DNA of 63,034 nucleotides, filler included, from Hyphochytrium catenoides (Eukaryota; Protista; Hyphochytriomycota): NCBI GenBank assembly GCA_900088475.1. It is 7 parts of 7 records of this genome, joined end to end, with 100 filler letters (N's around TTAATTAATTAA, not from the genome) between each part and the next. Parts side by side here need not be neighbours in the genome. Positions count along the whole stretch, not along the records: positions 25,556 to 31,075 come from FLMG01002109.1; positions 31,176 to 53,997 come from FLMG01003257.1; 5 more parts are not named here. One strand, 5' to 3'. Shown piece by piece: positions 30,140 to 40,860 of this stretch (position 1 is its first letter; each line of letters starts with the position of its first letter). The notes under the pieces were generated by a model. It saw only the letters and a program-made list of their open reading frames with translations, ran no database searches and was not told where the DNA came from. The position numbers and the translations under genes were made by a program.

Positions 30140-30990
30140 TAGGGTTATGACAGGGAATTATGGCAGCAGATTACGGCAGCCGGCTTTGGCAAGCAGGTTA
30201 TGCCGGCAAAATATAGCAGTGGTTTATGACCGCGGGGTAGACAGGGTCGCGGCTTTGTGAAAGGACAGGAGGAAACGAGAACCGCAGCGGGAAAGGAGAA
30301 CCGCAGCGGGATAGGAAAACCGCAGCAGATTAGAAACAAAAGCAGCAATCAGGGAAAAGGGAAGCGGTTGATGAGAGTGATTGACGGCAGTCGTTTATGG
30401 CAGCAGATGATAGCCGAGGCAGCGATTTGTATTGGCGGTGTACGGCAGTGATGTATGGTAACGGTTTATGGTGGTAGTTTATGGCACCGGTTTATGGCGG
30501 CGGTCAATGGGAAGGGGTGTTAGCAGCGGGTTACGGCAGCGGAGTTACGGCAGCGGGCGTAATGCAGCGGTTAAAACAGTGAGTTCGGTCAGCGGGATAG
30601 GGCAGCGTCAGGAAGGCGAATTGTAAGTTATGCACCGGTTAAAGGCAGCGGTTTATGGCAGAGGTTTATGGCAACGGTTTATGGCAGCGGTTTATGGCAG
30701 CGCGATGCAGCGGTGTATGGCAGCGGTTAATGAGAAGGGCTTTCGGCAGTGGATTATGGGACCGGATTATGGCAGCGGATAGGTGCAGCGGTAGGGGCAG
30801 TTTATGAGGGTTAACGGATAGGCGATGGATTAGGGTAGCAGGTATGCAGGGGAGTACGGTTAGGGTTAGGGTTAGGGCAGCGGTTAAGAGCAGCGGGTTA
30901 GTGTTAGGGCAGCGGGTAAGTGTGAGGTCAGCGGGTAAGTGTTAAGGTAGCAGGTGCGGTTAACGGCAGCGGGTATTGGTAAGGGCCTAA
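30140..30990 (+). repeat. Degenerate GGCAGCGGTTTAT minisatellite grading into telomeric TTAGGG
   Basis: Many copies of (G)GCAGCGG(G)TTWA; (TTAGGG)3 at 30860-30877. Confidence 0.85.
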
Positions 30991-31201
30991 CAGTATTGTT
31001 GACCTCTTCTTGGGTCAGGAGTGCCCGAACGATCTTAGCTCTTGTTACCTAAGGAAATTGGACATATTCTTTCCTNNNNNNNNNNNNNNNNNNNNNNNNN
31101 NNNNNNNNNNNNNNNNNNNTTAATTAATTAANNNNNNNNNNNNNNNNNNNNNNNNNNNNNNNNNNNNNNNNNNNNTCCTATCTAATCGCCCGCTGACCAG
31201 T

Positions 31202-32964
31202 CTAGATCTCATCTTGCAAGCTAAGCACTCTATAGAGGACGCCTCGGTCTCTCATCGTCTCCGCAAAAGCTGCCTCCCACTCTTTTCCTAGAATTTCTGA
31301 GAGCTTCTCTAGAACCTCCTTCGCCGCCCACTCGCGATGTCTGAAGAGAAAAGACAAGGGAGGCGAGCGACAGCAGAAGAAGAGAAAAGGAGAACAGGAA
31401 TGAGTTATGTGTTTGTGAGAGAGTTAGACAGGATGATAGAGAGAGAGAGAAAGAGAGAGAGAGGACAGAAACCTATGCCCCTTGAGCAAGAACAGGAATA
31501 AGAGTACAAGAGCAACAAACACGAGGACAGCTTTGGTAAGCTAGACCGGGAGAGGGCCGGCCTTGGCAGAAGAAGAGGAGAGAAAGAGAGACGAAAAAGC
31601 AAGCGGGAGAAGACGAACAAGCCCATGAGAGACCCATGGAGAAGGACTGGGAACTGAGAGAGAGCGAAGAGAATAGAGATGAAGAAAAGAGACACAAAGA
31701 AGAGAGAAAAAGAGCCTGGATCCGTACCTTTCCCAGCCTTCCGTACGGACCACCTCCTGGATATTCTGCAGGAGAAAAGCGATGCAAACCTTTTTCAGAT
31801 TGTTCGCTTGGCACTTGATGGACAAGAACAATAAGTCCGTCACATCGTCAGATGTCAGCTCTCCCGCCAGGAACTTTTCGCACCGCACCAGGAGCTCCTT
31901 GACCTATAGAGACAGGGTCAGAGAAGAGTATTGGCCAGTAAAGAAATGGACGAGAATAGAGGAGAGGGAGATCAGAGTGAAGAGAGAAGAGAGAGAGAGT
32001 GCAAACGACAGGACACCAACTTTCGACAGAGAATTTCCTGGATGAACGAACCCAATCATCAGAGACAAAAGACATGCAGACACACGAGAGCGAAGCGACA
32101 GAGAGAAAGTCCGGTAGCAAAAGAGGAAGAATAAACCGGACCATGCGTGCAACGGTTCATATCTATATGCCTATGACACAACCGTCTACTCCGGACGAGG
32201 AGAGAGACTCGAAGAGAGGAAGGGAGACAATAGATGAGAAGATCTAGGGCGGTGTAAAAGAGCCGCTTCGAGGAGGAGAAGAGACACCTCTTACCTGGTA
32301 GAGAGAGGAAGCAAGTAAGAGTTCCCTGGCAACATCGTGCGTGATAACCACTTGACCCGTGTACTATGGGTACAGACAGACGAGAGTGAGCAGGGAGAAT
32401 AAAGGAAATTCTCAGTGGAAATGACAGGAGAGAAGACTGGAGCAAGAGCTTCTCTGATCTGAGTAAGACTCACCAGGAAGCGGAGGAGGAGACTGAAGAC
32501 TTCATAAGAGCAATCCTCTATCTCCACCGTCGTCATTTGAGCCGTTGAAGTCCCAAACTAGGAAAAGAGACGTAAGCTGAGCTTTTCAAGGAGGAGAGAG
32601 AGAAAGAGAGGGACGCGGAGAGAGAAAAGAAGAGAGATGCAGAGATAAGAGATTAAGGAAACCACGACGAGAGAGGAGAGAGATAACGGAAGGAGAAGAG
32701 ATAGAGGTAGATATACAGAGGGCGAGAGAAAAAACAGCGAGAGAGAGCAAGAGAGAGACACTAGGCGCTGAGACCCAACTAAGGCTTCACATACCATGTT
32801 TTTGAAGTAAGCGTTCCGTACGAAGAGAACGACTTTGTGCGCGTTTATAGGTGTGATACACCCCTGAGACAACCAATTTATCTGTGAGAGAGGCGGAAGA
32901 GAGCCCCTTCTCTCGCGGCAAGCCACCCCTTCAATCAAGCGGCATCTTTCTCTCTGGGTACACA

Positions 32965-32996
<32 letters not shown>

Positions 32997-35749
32997 TCTC
33001 GCTCTTTCTCTCTCTCTCTCTCTTTCTCTCTCTTTCCCTCTCTCTCTCTCTCTCTCTCGCGCGCTACAGTCATCTAGTTGGCAGCCATTCTCTTGCACCT
33101 ACAATTTCAGGCCGCTCCTCTTTGGCTCACCTTCACAAGGAATTGTATGTCCGCTAGAGCTTTGTTCCCCAGGAGCTCCTCGTGATTATCAACAACAAAG
33201 GGAGGCACAGCAATCTGGACGTCGAAGTTATGGCGAGGAGGAAGGAGATGACGGATGGCGGAGGCGACGGCCCGACGGGGCAGCAGCTCCTTCATGCTGG
33301 AAAGAGGGGAGACAAGGAGGAGGAGAAACAAAAGAGATTTGTAAGAGAGAGTGCGGCCATTCTGCCCGAAGGACGAAGACGGAGGTGGATAACAATCCAG
33401 GCAGATGGTACACAGAGGAGACAAGCAGATGAAGGTGGACAGTGTCGCAGAGAGACAGAAAGACCTAAAGAGAGAGAGGTAAGCGAGAGAAAAGAGAGAG
33501 AGAAAAAGGTGGCCTTATGATAGGTGATCGAGGCCAATTGATTGACGGACCTCAGCATCTGCAACATGATGGAGATGAGACCCTCTGGCAGTAGAGAGTT
33601 TACCTCTCTCCGGTCAACGAGATGGACGAAAGTGATCATGACTGAGCCCTTCATCCGCCCTAAACGTCCGCGAGAAAGACGAGATGGATGAGTGAGCACG
33701 AATCAGGCGAGGCCAGACGTCGGAGCACTTAGCATTGCCCTTTCCTCAAACGTGAAGGTGGAAGAAGTCTCATAAGTCAAAGCAGGGACTTCAAGCTTAA
33801 GGTCAGTACCTGCGCTGCTCTGCGGGGATACTCTGACAACTGCAAGGAGCATCTTCCTGAACTCTGCTGTGCCAATGTGAGCCTGGTCGTGTGCAATATG
33901 GAGGGAGACAGAGTCCAGTCAGTAAGGCTTGCTACCATGCGGAGCTCTAACGATCTCAGACACAGAGATGGACTGCGATGCAGCAAGCAACACAGCGAGA
34001 AGCAGCAAAAAGTTCGGCAAGGAAGCTTGAAGCTCTCACGAAGGATAAAGCCACACAGCAGGCGAGTGAGACAGTACCCAGATTTTCCTTAGTGTCTGTG
34101 TCGCAATTCTCTGCGCTGCGGTGCCCTCAGCGCACTCCATCAACTCCAGGACAGCGCCTTCAAGTACCTGAAGGAGAGACGAAGACAGAGAAATGGGAGA
34201 GCGAAGAGAGAGAAAAGAAAGAGAGAAGGAAGAGAGAGTTACTAGTCATCAGCACAGACCCACTCTACCCAGGTTTGGACCCTTCCTCCCCATACACTTT
34301 GTCAGCCGATACTGCCTCATGTCCTCCGCATACTTTCCCTTTTCACTGATGCTTCTGTCTTCAGCTTTACTCCATATTCTCTCCCTTTTCCGACCCCTCG
34401 CCAATATATTCTGAGCTCTGGCATCTCTCTTCATCCATCATCTCCTACCAGCTGTATGCAGGAGGTGTGGTCCTGTGAGAGATTGTACAGCGTTTGAGCT
34501 GCTCCCTCCGTCACTGTCTCGTCCTCAGAGTGAAGCGACCGGAGAAGAAGTGGGAACGCCCCTCCCCTGGCCAAGAGAAGATGGTTTGGGGGACTCTCGC
34601 TAAGAGATCTAATCGCCAGGATGGCGCGGTGCTGCTGGATGGGATTGCTGCCAATGAACAAATGGGTATGGAGGAAGCGATTAGCTGCCCGCCAACACTA
34701 TCTTCCCGCAGGGGAGAGAGACACACACAGAAACAGAGCCGCAGAGGCACAAAGAGACAGAGGGAAAGAGAGAGGGAGAGATGGGTAGACGAAACTTAGA
34801 GAAAGCTCCTTGGTGAGAGTCTCTCTTCTGGGCGGTTCCAGAACAAAGCACTATCAGGGCCACAACTCCAAACGCCAGGAGCGACAATTAAGAGCTCGTC
34901 ATGGGACGGAGAAAGAAAGAATAAAGGCCCAGGGCCTATTACCTGTCCTGCAGCATCTCTAGTAACTCTGGGATTGACGTCCTCACACAATCATCGCAGA
35001 TCCTCTGACGCTCGTCCAGACCCTGCACATGGACTCTCGACCGACTCACTTCGTCACAAACTAAACGACCGCATTCCTGCCGCAGCACATAGAGTAATAT
35101 AATCGAGAGACAATCAGGCACAAGGATGAAGAAGAGAGAGAGACAGAAAGCCACCTTTTAAAAGCAAGCAATAGCGAGAGAGATTTGATTCCCGGACTGT
35201 ATTTGTCAAGAGATTGTAAACCGAGCAATAAGAATGATGAAGGAATGGTCCTAAGGAATGTGAAGAGGAGAGACGAAGCCTAACAGGACAAATCATGCTT
35301 GTGAGGCGAGAAGACGGAGACGATAAGAATTTTGGGAAGCACTGCCTGGAAGAAAGAAAGCCAAGAACTCACTCTACAATGATGCCTTCGCCTAAAGAGG
35401 GTGAAGGGCAGGCCCGTGATGGCGCAAACAGCTGCTGAAGAGTCGTCTGTCCATGGTTTCAGGAGGCCAAACTACCGCCAGAGGAGAAACATAGAGACAG
35501 GGGAGGAGAACAACCAAAGAAAATATCTTTAGGTGAAAAGAGATATTGGACTTGGCCACTCAGATAAACCGTCTAGATAGACGTGGCAGACAGCAGCGAT
35601 AGTAGGGGTAAGGGGCAGCACAGTAGAAGAGAAGAGCAGCGAACAAAACTAAGTAGAAGGAAAGAGATGGCAACACCTTCAGCAGCAGAAGAAAGAGAAA
35701 CAACAAGAGAGCCAAGAGTAAGAGACGAAGAGAGAGACACACACACAGG

Positions 35750-35781
<32 letters not shown>

Positions 35782-38700
35782 CAGAGAGCGAGAGACAGAG
35801 AGAGACAGAGACAGAGAGCGAGAGAGAGAAATCCAACTGTACAGAGAGAGACGAAGTACCGACGAAGAGCAATAAGCTGAGTGCAGTACATCTATAAAGC
35901 TGTTGGCCACGTCGAGCACTGTTTGCTTCTCCTCAGTGAAAGATGACTCTAACAAGGCCTTAGCCAGGTCAGTCTGCAGATCGTCAAGAAGGAGAGAGAA
36001 AACGTCAGGATCGCTGTGAATCTACACCTCGTCTCTTCTCTCGCATCTCTCTCCTACCCCCGCGGCACCTTCTTTGATGACTCTTTCTTATGCCTTTCGA
36101 CTCCTCACATTTCTGGCCTTTTTCTCTTTTCCTTCTTCTCTCTTCTCCCCCTGATTATGGTGGCGAGCGCCTAGGTCGGAGAGCATCAACAGATTGTGGA
36201 AGCTCTGCTTCTATCTTTAACGGCCCCTCCTATATCTGAAACCTCTACAAGCTCTTTCCTAGCTGACCGCAGCTCTCTCCTTCCCCAAGAGTATCAACCT
36301 TAAAGGGACTAGTCCGGCCATGAGGCATAGAATTTGCTGGAAACAATGAAGCTCCAACCTTCGAGCAGAGAGAGAAACCAAGCAAAAGAACGGGCTGCTT
36401 GTCAGTGGACAAGGAGTCCGGCCATGGCGACCGAGATTGATATACGGAGAGAGACACAGAGAGAGAGAGAGAGAGAAAGAAAGAAAGAGCGACAGAAGCG
36501 CCTTAACACAGCCATAAGCCAAGCTTACGGAACGACACTGACCTGTCCCAGCTGAAGAGAGTAGGAAGGCAATCGAGCAACCCAGTTTGGAAGACCGACC
36601 TAACCGAGAAGTTAAGGAGAGGGTAAGAACCAAAAATCTGCGATAAAAATCTGCGATGGAGAGAACCAAGCAACGGAAGGATGGACAACTGCTAAACCGA
36701 GATATAGCAACAAGAGGTACGGCAAGGAGAGTCGAGAAGGTGGTGGATAGGGTTAGGGAGAGTGAAGGACGGAGATAGAAAGGATGGATGGAAGTGAGAG
36801 AGAGAGAGTGCCATGGGTGAGAGAGATAGGAAGAGAGAGAGGGAGAGATAAGTGGTAGTGTGAAGAGATGGAGCGCTAGCCAAACGTTAATGGCTCACCC
36901 TCCATGGCAGATCTCTTCCGCTGAATCCGTTCGTGGCCAAGATGTCCACGATGTCTCTTAAGAAGAGAGTGCGGTGCACAGCCACTACACGGCCGCCTCT
37001 GGTCGTTTTCCCTTCCGTTCTCACTCCATCCTCTCTCTCCAAAGCTGAGACAACAACCCTAGCACAGTCTCGGACATCTATCATGGACCAGTCTGCACAG
37101 AGAGAAGGTCAGAATAACAGAGACGAAAAGCGGAACAGGAAGATTGCAAAGTACGATCTCCATCGCAGAGCTGTGTCAAGGGGAAGGGGAAGAGCGAGAG
37201 CGAGAGAGTGGGATAGTGCTAGAGACGGCACTGATGAGGAGCAGAAGGAAATACATTGAGATTTTAGAATTAGACTTACTAAGGTCCACCAGAGCTGAGT
37301 ACTTTCCGGAAAGCAAGTCATAGATGACCTAGCACGTAGCAAAAAGAGATAGGCACAAGAGTTAGAAGAAGGCCCCGAGACTAATGATGTCGAGAGGAGT
37401 AAGACAGGGGAGCTGTGAAAGCACAGGGGAAACGAAGATGGTTATTAGGTATAAGGATAGACATAGTTAGAGAGGCAGACATAGAGGACGCAGTAAGGCA
37501 AGGAGAAGAGGGAAAAAAAGAAAAGGGAGGAAAGACGGGGGAAGAGAGGAAATGAAGACCCAAAAGAAGAGAGAGAAAGCGACGGAGAAGTTGAGAATGG
37601 AGAATATTGACGATGGAGCAAAATGTGTTGTTTAGAGGGGTTCAAATAAAAAGGGCAAATATGAAGACGGAAGTGAAGCCCTTCCAGGCAGCAAAAATCA
37701 CCTGATTTCCCGGTGCCAATTGACCGCTGAAGTTTAGTTCTGGTCCCATCAGAGTGCCCGCCTGTCAAGCAGGAAGAGGTGAGAAGGCCGTGCAAGGGGC
37801 GACGACACTGATAGGCAGAAAGGGACAAGTATCGCTGGGCAGAAGACTGACTAGCCAAGCGAGAAGGCGAGGGCGACAGAATGGACCGTGATCCTTTGTT
37901 GATGTACACAGAGGAACAGAAATAGCTGCGTTCCCTCCCTCACATTGACAGAGACGAACTTGAACCTCGCCTCCAGGGGCAGTTGTTGGATAAGTCGGCG
38001 GCATATCTCTTCCGTCATTTTGAAAGAAAGAAAGTGCGGGTTTCTCTCAGCTGAACTCTCCATATTCCACGCTTCCTCTGCGACTATTGAGGCGCCAGAT
38101 ATCTGATCAACCATCGCAGCAACGGAGGAAAGAAGGACCATCTGCCGTACAAGAGCGCATGTTAGATTGTACGAGGTAGGAAGAGCATATCTGCCAGGAA
38201 AGGCTAGGTTTCCTTGAGAACAGCCTCGCTTATTACATCCACTATTCTTAGCTACCTTTTTCACTTTCGCTCTTGCGCAAGCTTGTACGAAGTTTGTCAT
38301 TATGGGCAGGATAACGTGCAGCCTGCTACTGACACTGTGGACTCCTGGCTCCTAATGGAACAAGAAGGCAGAGGATTAGATCGCAGCGCGAACAATAGAG
38401 GGATCGGTAGTTGGGAGAACAGCAAAAGCTTTAGGCCCAAAGGTTGCTAAGGACCAGTGGTCCAGGACCAATGGTTGAGAGAGAAACGAAGAGAATGTTG
38501 ACGTAGATGAAGCAGCGTCTTGATCTCTGGCAGCTCATACTTACTGTTAGCTCCGACAACGGGTCACGGATAGCACAGCTTGAGGGGAGACCCGTGTAGA
38601 TAACGTACTGACAGCCTGACAATGACGGTGCCGCAAGAGCAAAGGATAAAACCGTAGTGGGGCAGCAGTCAGCAATGAGAACAGTTCGACGAAGCGCCAC

Positions 38701-40860
38701 GAGAGCCGCGAATTGTAAAGAACAATAGGATAATCCCAGCCTATTGTAAGGGAAGGTATTCTGGCGGAAAGGGCCAACCCTCAGGAACAGCGCATAACAA
38801 CAAGGGCGGGTCCGGTGCCGTGCACGTGTCAATCTTAACAATGGGTTCAGCGGCTAAGTAGTACCTGCGACTGCAATGTCGCATGATTCTGGAGTAAGCA
38901 AATTGCACTCAACCAGCTCCAGATGAGAAGCTGCTTGCGGTAGGTTGACAAGGCCTGAGATCTTGGTACGATGGCCAGGTTGATTGAGAAGTTAAAAAGC
39001 AGGACACACAGGAGGAACAGGTTAGGCCGGCGTCAAAGTATTCCGGGCAACAGTAAGAGAAGTGCGATAAAAGAAGACAAAGAGAATTCTTAAGTGCCCT
39101 TCACTATCCTTCCTCTCCATCTATAGAGGTTAGCTCTCCCCTTACCTCATCTGCCCTGCTCTCCACGGTGCCTCTCACTTTGTAGCCCTTAGAAAGTAAC
39201 TCTGACACAACCCAGGCTGCGGCAAAGCGATTGACCCCTGATCGCAAGGGCAAGATTAGGCCATACTGAAGACAAAAGGCAGAGAGCTGGCAAGGACCGG
39301 AGTACTGACGCTTATGAGACAAGAGGGAGGAGGGTGGAGATATCCGGACAGAATGCAGACCGGTGAGTTATCGACCATACAAGGCGATAAAGAGAGATTA
39401 GAGCCAGCATTCATCACCTGTGACACAGATAGGGCTAGAGATATCCTCAGGATTAAGAACAGAGTCCTTATGCCTGAACCCTAACGCTTGCCAGACTCCC
39501 GGATACATCGTGGATGCTGGACCTAGATTCTCAGCCACCTGTGACGGGCTACCAGTCCTCGTAAGTGGCGGTACAGTGCGAGTTATCACAGAGGAGCTCG
39601 GCCGCGATCGAGGCTGCGACTTTCTGGACTTCTGAGGCTGCACAGGAGAGATGGACCTTGATCTTCGGGGTTGTGACGGCATCGAGGGGGCAGCTTTTGG
39701 TGATGGAAAAGAAGTTGATGAGGCTGTCGGCACAGAGGGTGGAGCAAGTTGGGCTTTGCTGCTTCTGAAAGAGGAGCTTTGCTGGAGCCTAAGGATAACG
39801 GTAGAGTTGAAGCCAAAGGAAAGGAGGTAAACAAGAGAACTAATGAGGAGGAGGCAATCATCTCTCCAACAGGCCCCAGCCGGACTGCTGATGGATGCAA
39901 GGGAGGAAGCGAGAAAGAGCAGAACAAAGAGCGCAGGACCGGCGCTTCTCCTCACCTCTCTCCAGCCACCATGCTGAGCTCCACGGAGGACTCAGAGGAG
40001 GAGCTTCCTCTGCGGCCTGGGTCCTGAACCACAGCTGGCTCCTCTCCAATCCCCGCAGAAGTAGAGGTTGATGTGCCCTGCCACGTCGGCCTGTCTCCTG
40101 ACCTAAGCTTTACGACTAAGTGCGGTCGAGGACGGGCCTGAAAAGTTTGGCGAAGGGAGGGAGTAGGTGAGGAAGTCAGAAGATGTCCTAACAGGAAGTG
40201 GGAGACACAGGGGAAACAAGGAGAAGCCTGAGCGATGACGAATGAAAGACAGGCGAGGACAGGATATCTTAAGGCAACTTCAGGGAGACACACGTCTTAA
40301 GGTGAGAGAGAATTGATGGAGGAACAGACGAGTGGCACAAGCGGGTACATAGCACTAGCAAGCGGAGAGAACAAGAAAAGGATGCAGGAATGCGCAATAG
40401 AGACGCCACCTTCTGCTTTAACTCTTGAGGAGACCGCTTTTCAGTCCATGACCGCCGGGTGGGCAGAGGCTCCCTCTCCACTTCTGACACGGGTGTGCCA
40501 GGAGAGCTAAAGGAAGCGCGAGACTCATCGACAGGTCTATACCGGTCCAGACGCCCCTCTCTCTCTCCAGAGCTTGAGCTCAGACGAAGCTCATCGGTGG
40601 GCTGCGGACCAAAGAGCATCGCTCCTTTTGCCCAGCCAGACGTGATGCGGTTGTATCCCTCAGCAGACGGTTAGCAGCGAACTGAACTCTGCGCCGCTGC
40701 ACTCGTACAAGTGACGTCTGAGGCTTTTGGATCTCTGACTCGTTGGTTGTCTGATCCTTGTGCCTCTTCTCAGTCGCTAGTACGTTTGACCTTTTCTTGA
40801 GCTTCCTTTTGCTTGGCTGAGACCTCTTGTGGTCATCCTCTTCCTCAGAGACGGCCACCC
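31202..40860 (-). CDS. Multi-exon gene: low-complexity N-terminus + DFR/CCR-like extended SDR domain + FYVE + ARM repeats + BTB/POZ(-BACK-like); 5' end unresolved
   Basis: Exons give ICVTG|VNRFAAAWVVSELLSKGYKVRGTV, VKK|MVLLSSVAAM, IDVRDCARVVVSALE, LPWR|VGLPNWVARL, TDLAKALL...DVANSFID|FGLLKPWTDD...RRRHHCR|ECGRLVC...RICDDC. ARM-like exons lie at 33500-34650. BTB region: ADIQFLVK|GCITPINAHKVVLFVRNAYFKNM|...FSLLLRFL|YTG...LLVRCEKFL. Stop TAG at 31202-31204. Exons near 36200-36350 were not resolved. Confidence 0.8.

Noticed and set aside
32290-32300. Apparent zero-length exon / recursive splice site (pyrimidine tract-CAG|GTAAG)
   Set aside because: It is the 3' end of a normal BTB exon encoding YTGQVVITHDVARELLLASSLYQ.
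39790-39955. Signal peptide/TM segment at the start of ORF 39398-39955
   Set aside because: The segment starts GTGAG and ends CTTAG on the minus strand and is pyrimidine-rich; it is most likely an intron of the fusion gene.
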